In this document: piece by piece, positions 12,352 to 23,868 of the stretch
Layout of the letters: each line of letters starts with the position of its first letter
How positions within the stretch are numbered: position 1 is the stretch's first letter
Source: Selaginella moellendorffii
Lineage: Eukaryota > Plantae > Lycopodiophyta
Assembly: GCF_000143415.4 (NCBI RefSeq)
Contig: NW_003314331.1
Location: forward strand, 1 to 64,000
DNA length: 64,000 nt
Direction: 5' to 3'
The notes under the pieces: generated by a model
Told to the model about the DNA's origin: nothing
The model's input: the letters and a program-made list of their open reading frames with translations, nothing else
Databases searched by the model: none
Translations under genes and position numbers: made by a program

Positions 12352-14245
12352 CTACATCCAGCTCCGAATCTTATCACGACATAGCTCGGCTAGTGAGAAG
12401 TCCTCGGCAGCCGGCGGGAAAAGGCCATCCTTGCTGCGCTTCGTCTTTGTCTCCAGGCCAAGCCTGCGTGTGATTTCTTTGTGGATGTCCCACAGCACCG
12501 GTGGCTCGTACCCCTCCATCGTGGGAAGGACTACCCTGCTATGCCCGACATATTGTGTATAAGCTCGCCACATCGTTGTGTCTGGTGGCTAGCTACATCG
12601 TAATCTTCTGGCCGCATGTGCATAACCATCTCACCCTTGATTTCTTCCCTGCGTTTCAACACCAACACTTTATAAATGGAGTCTTTGAATCAGATATACT
12701 CTTTACCACATAATGTCCTGGGTTTGGGTCCTGAGCGTGTGCTCGATCACGGAAGGGGTGCGCTCCTTGCAGAAGGCATCCAGCAAAACCTTGCAAGAAA
12801 AGCATGGCAATCAGCTCACCAACAAGTTCGTAACACAATCCGATATACCTCCTCCTCCTCCTCCTCTGCAGCATCTAGCGTACCGAGCCGGCCATCTAAA
12901 CAAGCTCCAATATGTCAAGAAAGAGAAAAGAAAGCTCGATCGAGGCACAGGAACTTACACGTCAAGTTGTGGTCGTAATAGATCCGGAGGTCGTGACGCG
13001 CGAGCCAGATGCGAGCGTGCTGCTTGCAGTTCCAGATGGCGTGGTGGTGTGGCAGCACGGACAGCGGTGGCCTCTCGGTGACGAGCGATCGCAGCAGCTT
13101 GTTGTTCTCGATCCCCTGGAGCAGCAGGACGAGCTCCTTGACCCGCAGAGGTGCGGAGTCCATCTCGTATGGAAACACACGCATGGGAGGTGGGTCAAGC
13201 GGATGTCGTGTAAGCTGCGAGTAAGCCCGTCTTACTCCATCTCGGTTGCTGCTATGTTTGCACGACAGCATGTTCCACCCCTTTCGAGAGCAAACTGTCG
13301 AATGAATGGTAAGCTGATCACGTATGCAAGTACCAGCCTCTCCACTGGGAGCGTTAGAAAAAAGTCGGCTTTAAGAATCTTGGATACCAAGCCAAAGAGC
13401 TTCGGGACAGCTGCCACCCCATACAAACGGGAACTCTCTTTGCTCTCCGTGTTTGTCAGCTTGTCTCCTTGGCAAAGCCATCTGAATTCCCCATTAGAAG
13501 GCTTGCGGTAGGGTGGTGAAGCCCAATAGTCCATAGCGATAGTGTTGCGTGCTGGCATCTCGGAGGTCACTGGGACAAGAGAAACGAAGAAAAAGAGTTG
13601 CTGTGACACGAACAGCACTTGAAATAAACCTCGGATGTTCCTCTCGTTGCAAAACTTGGCCCACAGAATCTCCAGGTGCTCGCTCACTTCCTCGTCTTGC
13701 TTCGATGAGTCCGACGAGCCAAGGCTTCGAAGTCCAGCGGATCCAGTTGAGAGCAGCTCCTGGCGAGAAAAGTCTACCATGCAATCCAGCTGCTCACGAG
13801 CGCCATCCCAGCCCAGCGTCGCAGCACACGCGCTCCTCTCCGCACCGGAGAGGCGAGCAATGTAGCAGACGGCCAGCACCAGGAACAACGTCTCGTCCGT
13901 CTCGGGGGAATCCCAGTATTGGAGCAAGTATTCCATGGACGCAGCTTCGTGCATGTCTAGTGCCGCTGCCTCCTCCTCGTGCGGGTGGGCAGCCATTGAG
14001 ACAAACTTGGACACTGTACGGAGCTTTGCAGCGCTCTTACACTGAGTGAGAGCCCGATGCAAGAGCCCTTCTTCTTGTTCCTGGCGCTTGGGAAGATGGA
14101 TGGGAGCAGCGATTGTAGCCCAAGGGATAGGGCCATTTGGCATCATAAGAGGGCATACTGGGCGGACACCTAGCTGGCTGGCCAGCCGGACGTTCCGTCT
14201 TAGAGCGCCACTCATCCTTGTTAACAAAACCGTAATTTGAAGCAT
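12352..14245 (-). CDS. Multi-exon gene of unknown function (possibly lineage-specific family, possibly disabled); paralog of 20190-21570
   Basis: ORFs 13232-14245, 12915-13271 and 12352-12573 each align by eye with the + strand copy near 20.2-21.5 kb (shared VKELVLLLQGIENNKLLRSLV, DETLFL.LAVCYIA, QLDCMVDF). Exon structure is not fully resolved. Confidence 0.5.
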
Positions 14246-15194
14246 ATTCTTTTTGTCGCAACTTAAATTAATAATTTACTGTCTTTTTCAATATTCAAGT
14301 ATGATCATCATAAGTTATTTTTTAATATTAACATAATCTAAAAGTATTTGGAGGCATCAAAATAAAAATTATAAGTGGTGAGGTCCAAATGTACATATAT
14401 TAATATTAATGTAGTGGGAATTTAATAGCCATTGGATTGATTCCAATTTAGACCATTTGCTCCTATATATAAGCTAGAGTTTTTAGGGTAATTGATATAC
14501 ATATTTTTATATTCCTTTTCCATATTCTATACACTTACAAAGTGATTTAATGAGAGACCAATTAAAATCACTACTTAATCTCCAACTTGTTGACAATCAA
14601 AATGACAAAAGAGTAAATTATAATACTAAAGTTATTTCTTATCATGTGAAGCCTTGAGTTTTAGCTTAACCAATCTTTGTCTTATGATGTGTGGCTCCTT
14701 GATTGATATTGCCTTTTTAAATATTATAGGTAATTAGAATTTAAGAATGTTTTAAATTATATATAAAAATATAAATTAATATGTTTTAAAAAATTATTTT
14801 TAAACTCAAATATTTTAAATTACTTTAATATTATAACAATATAAACTATTTTCTATCACTAGATTAGTGTTGTGTATGTAAAATAATATTTTGAATATAA
14901 ATATGGTAAATAATTCAGGAGCTTACACTTGGTCATTATAGGTTGAAAAATGTGTAATACATAAGAGAAAAAAACCTTTCATGAACACAAATATAGTTTT
15001 GTCATCATATGACTAAAATGGTTAACGAATATGAATATGAACATGATTTTGTCATCATTTGAGTAAAGTGGTTAACAAGTTTAGGCAATTGGTTGAGGGT
15101 AGTTAAGCGTACTCAAGCTTAACATGCTAAAGTAGATGGAATTTTTTACTATAATAGCCATATATATTTATCATAGGTGGATGTATTGCTTTAT

Positions 15195-15695
15195 CAAAAT
15201 TTATTTCACTATTATGATCATCCTAAGCTTAATCATTTAAGCTGGAAGAAAACATATAAACTGATTAAGTACAATTTTTATTAAAGGAATATAAAGGATA
15301 GTATCCTCAAGTATTGTAAATCATATGAGCTCTGTCAATAGGTAAAGGTCCCATGGGAAAAGCTAAGGGGACTTTTGTAACTAATGTAATATCTTTATAA
15401 ACTTCATCATTTATTTGCTATGAACGTTGAGGCAAAAGGAATAAGTATTAGTTATAGTAAATCAATTGACAAAGTATATGTGTTGTTGGCTCTTTGGAAA
15501 ACTGTCACTACCTTAAACTTAGATGCAGTATATAAAAAGTCTTTCCCTATTTTGGTTTGCCAAAAGACATTGTCAATGATCAAAACTTAAAGTTCATTAA
15601 TGGATTTTAGAAAAACTTTGTGAAAGTTATATAAATAACTTTGAAACTCTCAAATGGAGATCATCCTCAAATGAATGGGCAGACCAAAAGAAAAC
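15195..15695 (+). mobile_element. Degenerate Ty3/gypsy integrase remnant
   Basis: YDHPKLNHLSWKKTYKLIKYNF..KYCKSYELCQ*VK resembles the HHCC zinc-binding domain. GDHPQMNGQTKR resembles the core YHPQTDGQTER. AT-rich and decayed. Confidence 0.55.
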
Positions 15696-15865
15696 TCTCA
15701 CTTAATAAGAGAAAAAAAAACTCTCACTTAGATATCACATATCCTAATCACAAGAGAAAGAAAACTCTCACTTAAAAATGTGCACAAGAGAAAGAAAACT
15801 CTTACTTACATCATGTGTCCTAGTGTGAGAAAAAAAAACTCACTTAGATATCATATATTTTAGTG
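15690..15865. repeat. Degenerate ~35-45-bp tandem repeat, about 5 copies
   Basis: Recurrent aagagaaa(g)aaaactctcactta core. Confidence 0.7.
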
Positions 15866-17189
15866 TATGACGTTAAGGCTTGAGTGTTGTGCTAAGTCAT
15901 TATATATTGAATCCTAAATACAACCTTCTAGATTGAGATTTGCTAGGAGGGTGTTGGATGTAGAGAGAGAAAGATTGCTTTTAATTTTTATTCCATATTT
16001 TTTCCATGCTTACTAAAACCTTTTTATGTAGGTGAATATAGATAATATAGAACATTGTTATGCAATTCAGAAGCTAAATAGGCCTTTCTATTGACTAAAG
16101 ATTTAATATAATATTATTCAGTATGCATTTGATGCTAAAACCTGTACTCACCCTTAGGTTAGAGTTAATTATAATTTCCCGTTTGTTTGAGTTTATAGTG
16201 TGATTTAATGGGGTTTTTTCCACAATTAACTAATGGAAATGAATATTATATTCAACTATTTAACTTGTTGGTTAGAAATTGGTGCTTTTGTTAGGGCATC
16301 TACAATTATTTTTACATATTTACTCCTTAATTGAGTGGTATTTCAATATTCTTGTCTGAAATAAATTCTCTTAAATGATTATTATAGTTGAGGTATTATT
16401 TTGATGTAGCCATTGGATTGGTTTCAATACAAACTATTTGCTGTTGTATATATTCCTATTATATATATTAAATAATAAATAAATATATTTTTATTTAAAA
16501 TTTCTAGAAAAACATAGTTTATGGATCTTCTTAAATATGTAATATTGTTCATAATTTTATCCAATTTTCTTACAAAAACACCTTATTTACTTTGAATATA
16601 AGAAAATTTTTCACATGAATATTGGCAATACTATGACAAATTTACTTAGCATGTTTATAATTTAAATGAATATATCGGTAAAATATATTAAAATATCCAA
16701 AAAATTACCATAGACCAAACTATAATAAGATCCCTATATTCTGTTTAATCAGAAAACCAAATAAAAGAACATCTTTGAACCACTCTAAATCTTATTCCTC
16801 AATTCATCCCAGGATTTAATACAGTGCATAAAAGAAAAGGAAAACTCTAGCTTTATACATATGCTACTCAGCCACGTGTCCCAGTGTATGTCTGTGGAGC
16901 TGCAAAGCTGCTATGTGCCAGATTTTCAGTTCAGAGGGCAGATTAAAAGCCGAGAAACCGAGGAGAGAAATCTACGCCCAGGTTCATGTCTGGCGCCTTC
17001 AGTGAGTGAGCCTCCACAATTTACTAACTATTCATTCCATGCAGCTGAAGCAAATGTTGATGACCAAGGTGCGGGGTCCATGTTCGCATGCAGCAGAGGA
17101 ATGGACGCAAGAGCTTGACCAGGGCCTGAAGAAAGAATTTTCTTTTCCTCTTTCCTTTTTGAGTCCTCACTTTGTTTTACTCTTTCAAC

Positions 17190-17725
17190 TTGTGGACGAT
17201 AGCCTGTTTTTTGCTTGTGTGTGCACTGAGAAGAAGTCGTACGATTGATCTCCTGACCAGCGAAAAATGTCTCCCGCTTCCTGGTACAGGTCTGTCTAGC
17301 ATAGCTGCCTTTTGCTGAAAGTAATAAACTTTGTGCTGCAGAGAGTTGCCTAAATCAAGATACATGGTGGACGTACGATTATTTTTGCCTGAAGAAAGAG
17401 TTCAACAATAAGAGACTCAAAGACGTCAAGCGAGTGAGCCCTTCTTTGCCTCTTTCGTTTTCGAGTCATCTACTTAAGAGCCTTCAAGTGAACTGGTTCT
17501 ACTGTTTCAGGAATCTTGCTGTAACGGGACAGTTGTGGACGACCCAGAGCTAGGACAAGTTTGTTTTTTTGCTTGTGTGTGGTTGCTGTTGCACGGATCT
17601 GGCGCTGAGAAGAAGTCGTTCGTACAATTGTTTTTTCTTTCTGCTTGTTTTGCAGGTGATTCAGCTCCACGGCGACCAGCGAAAAAATGTCTCCAGTTCC
17701 TGGTACAGGTCTGTCTAGTTTCCTG
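17190..17725. repeat. Local direct duplication (about 17190-17310 and 17535-17725)
   Basis: Shared tttttgcttgtgtgtg..ctgagaagaagtcgt..gaccagcgaaaaa.tgtctcc..ttcctggtacaggtctgtctag. The first copy has internal deletions. Confidence 0.7.
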
Positions 17726-19113
17726 TTGTGAAAGTGCCCCGTCGCCCACGACTTGTTGGAGCCGGGTGATCAGCGTGCTAGTAACTACATCATCCCAAGA
17801 AGAAGAAAGGCGCCACGCCTCGCTTCATCGGCAACCTGGTGAAGCGGTCCAAGAGGCATACATGGACGAGCAAGAGGAGGCTGGCGATGGAAGTGGATGC
17901 CGTTCCTGAGACAAGTTTTAAAGTTACATTTCTTTCAAAAACCCGAACGTTTACTTGCCTGCATGAGATCATTTGCCATCCAAGCGATTTCAAAGGCCCA
18001 ATCACACTTTCGTCTTGGAGGACCCGACAAAGGTTTCTTAGCAGCAGACTCCGCGACGGCCTAGGAAGGAGTAAATGGAGTTAATCCGAATTATCTTCTA
18101 CTCGTACATTACTCGGTAGAGTCCCTCTCTGTAACACCTGCTTGATCGGCTCGTTAAATTCGCTGTTTCGTTCGAGTCTTGACACCAGCAACTCTGTCAA
18201 GATCCCGTGCTTTTGAGATGAATATTATGAAAAGTTTTCTCTCCTTGGGAGTCACGTGGTAAACCCTTGGAGAGGTGGTAATAAAACTACCGATAAAGTA
18301 GATGGCAAAGAACTTAAGTCACCGTATTCAAAGTCAAGCCAAGTGGATTACCTCCCTGTTACACTCTAATGTATAAAGAGAGAACCAAAAAAAACCGAGA
18401 AACTGCAGCTCTTTATCAACCTGACAGTCAAACATGTGAAAAGGAAAACAACATAGTAACGAAAAAACGAAGAAAAACAAAGAAAACGAAAGGAGCAAAA
18501 TTCCTGAGTTCTCCTACAAGCCTTTCAAGTTTCCGCAGCAGCACACGTATGCTCTCGTTCAATCCTTCCGCTGCATTGGCTCCAGTACCCATGGAAAAAT
18601 CGCTAACTCGACTTCTCGCCCTCGCCCAATCAATCCAGCCCCGCGCCTCTTCTCGCAATCCTGAAAATGTGACGAAGCGACAGAGAAGCTAATCCGCCCC
18701 GCCGAGCAATAGTGCCAGTGATAGAAGTAAGTTCCTTGCTGGCAAGCGATCAGGAAAACTCAATCACTTTGCCTGCATGTAGATGACACTTATTTCTCGC
18801 TTCCTATCCATCTAGACGTGGACAAGAGCTATGGAGGAAGATCGGCTGTGCCCCTTTTCTAGAAGGAAGCTGATTATTGACAACGATGAGCTTTTGGTTG
18901 AGTGGGCGAAAGGTGGCGAGGAGACATCTTCAAGGAACAAGACAACGGAGTCGAATATCTATTGCGAATGGTGTTCTTCACATGAAAAGGAGATCAAATT
19001 TAACGAAAACTACAATGTTTGAACCAAGAGCACTGAGGTTGGAAGACTCATATAGTTTTCTGAAGCTCAACATCACAAAAAAGACGGCTTTAGAGAAATA
19101 CAGGAGCAGTAGC

Positions 19114-19941
19114 CTAGACTCTGAATCCTCGGCTGTTACGTCGCCCGCGAGCCTTCTCAAACTTGCGCCCCTTGGAGCGCACGTACGGCTTGGTGTGGCT
19201 GTGTGGCACACCAGGAGCCGGCCCAAAGTGCTTCACGGCCTCCCGAGCGGACTTGCGACCCCTCAAAAGTACCTTGGCAAAGCAACAAGAAAACTAAGAA
19301 ACAGGGAGGGACTTTACGACTGATCGCTGCTTACCGTGTTGCATCCAGTGGGTGCCAGGAGCGCGAGCTCGTCAAAGGTGAGGCATTTCCCTCCGGCGTT
19401 GGTGATCCTGGCGCGGGCAGTCCGGGTGAAGCGCAGAGCCACCACTGTCATTGCGGGAACCGCCGCGAGTCTAGGATCGTCGGTGACCGTTCCAACGAGG
19501 ACAGCGATCTTTCCCGACTGTGTCAGAAGGAAAAAAGAAAAACCAATCAAGAAGTGATGCGAGCAATCGGAAACCTCACCTTCTTTTCCATGCTAGCGGA
19601 GAGGCGGGAGAGGGACACTGGCGGCTGGTTGGTTTTGCTCATGAAGAGCCGCTTGAGGATCACAGCGTTGAATTTGCTGTTGGTCCTTCTGACCAAGAAC
19701 CGGTAGAGCTGCGAGAGAGGAAATGGAAAAGAAAATGCGTGAGAAATCGCGCAACCGCTCTAGATCCAATGCCAAATCCCACGCACTCACCTTGACGAGC
19801 AGCTTGAGGTAGACATTGTCACTCTTGGGGGCTGTCCGCTTGGTCTTCTTGTTGCGCCCGCCGGCTTCGATGTCGATACCCTGCAGCAAAGCGAGCGCCG
19901 TGAGACGAGGCCATCCATCGCAGCAGGGATCCACCTACCAT
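19114..19941 (-). CDS. RPL18: 60S ribosomal protein L18 (eL18), 187 aa, 5 exons
   Basis: Exons 19939-19941, 19791-19880, 19580-19708, 19335-19517 and 19114-19272 with GT-AG introns. [36 protein letters not shown]...[16 protein letters not shown]. Confidence 0.97.
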
Positions 19942-19990
19942 GGCGCTGCTCCTCCTCCTCCCTGGCGGCTGAAAAGCCCTAGTCCCCACA

Positions 19991-19999
19991 AAACCCTAA
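19991..19999. promoter_or_regulatory. Telo-box (AAACCCTAA) upstream of RPL18
   Basis: AAACCCTAA 50 bp upstream of the ATG, as is typical of plant translation-machinery genes. Similar boxes occur near 44754, 56986, 57346 and 62496. Confidence 0.6.
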
Positions 20000-20189
20000 A
20001 TCTAGCCCCAGTCCGGTGTTCGATTCCATTGGACAACGTTAAAAGGAATATTCTTTTTCTGCCAAGGTTTCAAATCCAGCCAGGAACCTTGTGGTCATGG
20101 GTTCGAACCCTTTCCATCGACATTTTATTATTTAGGGTAGTAAGTCTTGGAATATGCTTTCAAACTAAAAGAAAAGCTATCGTTGCTTG

Positions 20190-21570
20190 CCAAGAAGGAG
20201 ACTTGCATCAAGCACAATGCAGAGAGAGCGCTGCAAAGCTCCTCACGGTGTCCGAGTTTGTTGCAAAGTCTAGGCCCCGGCACTGGAGCTCGGTGCATGG
20301 AATACATGGGACTCCGCCGAGGTGGACGAGACGCTGTTCCTGGAGCTCGCAGTTTGCTACATTGCTTGCCTCTGCGCCTCAAGTGCCGAGAGGAGTGCAA
20401 CGCAGCTGGATTGTATGGTTGATTTCGCCTGCCAGAAGCTGCTCTCGTCGGTTGGAATCCATAGACTTTCGTCGCTGGACGCAGCTAAGCAAGATGAGAG
20501 CGAGCACTTGGAGCTACTTTGGGCAAAGTTTTGCGAAAACAAGGTTTGTGTTTGTCTCATGTTCTTTCCTTTCTTTTTCACGTTTCCTTGGTTCGAATGG
20601 CCGAAAAACCAGCACGCAACGAAACCGATATGGATCTCCCGTACCAAAGATCCGCTCCACTCCCGTACCGGATGCCTTCGAACCGGAAATTCAGATGAAA
20701 TAAACCATCTGTTGCTTCAGTTCTCTCATCAAATAATGTTTGCAGGGTGCTGCCAAGGCAAAAAGATGACGAGTAAACCAGGCACAAGGAATACACAAAT
20801 ACCATCTGGTTATGGTGCACTCGAGCCACCGTGAAATGCCCTCTATGTCTCTGCTGGTCAAGGAACTCGTCCTGCTGCTCCAAGGGATCGAGAACAACAA
20901 GTTGCTGCGATCACTCGTCATGGAGACGCCACCCCTGTCCGTGCTGCCGCACCACCAACGCCTTGCATCTGGCTTGGACGCTACGACCTCCGAATCTATC
21001 ACAACCACAACTTAACGTGTAAGTTGTTGCCTCTCAAGAGTTTATCTTTTTAAAAGCTTGTGTTCGGTACACAGGATGCTCCAAAGCAGGAGGAGAAAAA
21101 GGATAGTTTTTTTCTTTTATATGATCAGAAGTGTGAGCTTATATCTTCGTGTTTGCACCACACAGGTGTTGCGGGATGGCTTTCACAAGGAGCGCACCCC
21201 CATCTCTGATCGAACAGACCTGCGACGTGACACTCATGACAGCTTCTGGTACATGATCCGATTCTAAAGCTACTTGACTTACTTCGTGCGTCGTTTTCAT
21301 CTCCTTTTCGTAAGCGTCCACGATTGCGATCCCAAAGGCCGCCTTGGCGTGCCTCTAGGAAGTATGTTGGGCATTGCAGGGAAGTTCCAACACCCCGTGA
21401 GTCTGTGCTCAACGATGTCCATAGAACATTCACAAAGACTCTCGGGTTGGAGAAGAAGTCGAGACCCACCAGGGATGGCAGTTCTGTAGGTAGAAGCTCG
21501 AGAGTTGGATGTAGAAAAGAAAGATTGGTCCAAAATTGAGCTTAATTTACGGGACATTTATGGACTGTTA
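20190..21570 (+). pseudogene. Frameshifted paralog of the unknown gene at 12352-14245
   Basis: Homologous blocks are split across frames (ORFs 19816, 20322, 20812, 21058, 21324), with internal deletions and stops. Confidence 0.65.
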
Positions 21571-21762
21571 TTGACTATGTTCATTTGGCATTGACTCTGC
21601 CAGACTAGCTTTCGACGACGTTCTTTTGAGGCGAGCTCGTCTGCTCGTACGGCCGTGGTACAGGATAATCAGATCTTGGAGAAAGACTAGGGCATTCGCG
21701 AAGCCTCGGACTTCTTGGAGAGAGGAAGGAGATTCTTGTAAGCTCTTAGATAGAACTCATTC

Positions 21763-22680
21763 TTATTTCCATCTCTTGGATTCCCACGTCTCGGCCAATG
21801 CCACTGCTTGCTCGAGCGTCTGGGGATTGTGATCATCCACGCCCATCCGGACGCTACACTTGAGGCCGTGCACGTAGTACGCCACCTTGTCCTCATCGCT
21901 CAATCCGGGCAGCCGCGACACGAGCTTGCAAAACCGTGAGCTATACTCCCTCACCGACTTGAGCTGCCGGAGATCCATGAGCGCGAACTTGGCCTCGCGC
22001 TGGTAATTCGCGGGCATGAAGAACTTGAGGAACGCGTCCCGGAAATCCTCCCAGCTGCCCACCATGGCGGAGCTGGAGCTGGAGTTCTTCCACCAGAAGT
22101 AGGCCGCGTCCTTGAGATGGTAAGTCGCGATCAGCACTTTCTCGTCCGGGGTAGCCTGGCCGATTCGAAAGTAGCTCTCCACCTTGTGGAGCCACTCCCA
22201 GATCGTCTCGGCGTCGCGCTCGCCGCGGTAGATCGGGATCCTTGGCGGCTGGTGGTGCTCCTGATGGATGCGCGAATCGAAGGAGCCATTGGAGCTTTGA
22301 TCCGAGGGGCTGCTGCCGCCCTTCTCCTGGTCGTGGAAGCTGTAGCTCTCGATGGTCTCCTCTTGCAAATCTGGGTATGGAGGAGGAGGAGGTGGAGAAG
22401 GAGCCACATTGGATTCTCTGTGCTTGGCCATGGTGTCGAGATTGGAGACGAACACCTTGGTGGTGTGCTCAAAGAGATTGGAGCTAGAAGTACCTCGCGG
22501 GATTGGAGAGAGCGACGAGGATGGCTGCTTGCTCCTCGCGGTGGCACCGGCGGCGACCTTGAGGCTCAGCACCTCCGCCGAGAGCCGCGCCAGGAACACA
22601 TTGAGCTCCGCCATGACGCCCTCGAGCGATTCCAGCCGCCGCTCCAGCTCCTCCTGCCGATCCTCGCTGGTGGGTTTCAT
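21763..22680 (-). CDS. Stand-alone Ty3/gypsy gag-derived protein (305 aa): N-terminal coiled coil, Pro/Ser linker, capsid domain
   Basis: First ATG at 22680. Capsid-type motifs PRIPIYRGERDAETIWEWLHKVESYF, KVLIATYHLKDAAYFWW, SWEDFRDAFLKFF, LRQLKSVREYSSRF (major homology region), YYVHGLK and PQTLEQAVALAE, then a stop. No CCHC knuckle, protease, RT or LTR seen nearby. Confidence 0.85.
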   Translation of the reverse strand: MKPTSEDRQEELERRLESLEGVMAELNVFLARLSAEVLSLKVAAGATARSKQPSSSLSPIPRGTSSSNLFEHTTKVFVSNLDTMAKHRESNVAPSPPPPPPYPDLQEETIESYSFHDQEKGGSSPSDQSSNGSFDSRIHQEHHQPPRIPIYRGERDAETIWEWLHKVESYFRIGQATPDEKVLIATYHLKDAAYFWWKNSSSSSAMVGSWEDFRDAFLKFFMPANYQREAKFALMDLRQLKSVREYSSRFCKLVSRLPGLSDEDKVAYYVHGLKCSVRMGVDDHNPQTLEQAVALAETWESKRWK

Positions 22681-22869
22681 CACGGGATCCACCCAAGCTG
22701 CGCGGATCGAGACGATTCGGAGATGAGCGATGATGATCCACGCACAAAAGCCCCAAATGTGCTATTTGAAAATGGATAGTACTGTCGGTGCGGTGATGGC
22801 GATGAATCGCCAGCCCGCCAGCGCGATCTGATTCAAATACTTTCCCCATAATCACCGCGCTATGTATTC

Positions 22870-22935
22870 CAACGCGCGGTACAGCGCGGTAACTGCAGCC
22901 GTACCGCACGGTACCGCGCGGTACAGTGCGGTAGC
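22870..22935. repeat. GC-rich palindromic/direct-repeat cluster with four GTAC cores
   Basis: 19-bp direct repeat cgcgcggtacag(c/t)gcggta at 22873-22891 and 22915-22933. Perfect palindrome gtaccgcgcggtac at 22911-22924. Confidence 0.7.
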
Positions 22936-23868
22936 ACGCGCTAACTTAACTTCCAGGTTTGGTCGGCCAATCCACATCAGTCGCCAGATCTCTGCACGTT
23001 GCTGGTTTGATTTTTGTTTCCTCGATCAGTACACACGTGATTGCTGCTGCTAGATCACTCGATCACCACTGCATCACTGGAAAAAAAAAACAAAGAAAGA
23101 AACGATAAAACAGAGTAAAGCCACATTTGTTTTGCTTGTGTTCTTGTCTGGATCACAGAGCACAAACAAAAAGCTCTCAGACGCAAGCAAAGCGCGAGAC
23201 TTCTCTCTCTTTCGCGATCGATCTCGCTTTCCAAAACTCTCCTTTCCCAAACTCTAGCCAAAAATTCCGCGGGAGAGACAGGCATTGAAGACACGACATG
23301 AACAGTCATGGGATCCATCAACCGTAGCGTCATACGTATGCTCTACCCAGGAGAGTCTTGATCCATCCAATTCTATAATAGAAGTTCCAAGCTAAGAGTC
23401 CGAGAATGAGAGGGAAAAGATAAAAGCGCTGGTGTAGATAGATGTGATTGAAGCGTTTTGGAAAGGAATCCTCATTGTTTGTGAGTGCGCTCGCATGAGA
23501 GTTACTCGTCTTGTTGCTTTGTGTGGAATAGTATGTATGGTCGCAATACAAAGCTTCTTCCACGGGCTCTCAAAGTCAAGCCTCCAGACTCGATCAAGAT
23601 CGCTCTAAACGCGGAGTTGATCGAATCGTTTTACAGTTCCTCTTCTTCTTTTTAAGGTCCTTGATTCCCATCCCAATCGTTGTCACTCCTTCCTCCTGCA
23701 CGATCCGATCGATCCTTAGCTGGAGAGCATTCTCCAGAGGAAGTCTCTTTTCTCCTTCCAAACTCCCCAATATCTGCAGGAAAAACCGTCCTTTTGATCG
23801 ACGAGATCCTCCCTCTTCGTCTCTAGCTCGCGGTGATTCGAACGAGCGAGAGAAAGGAGCAAGAGGAA

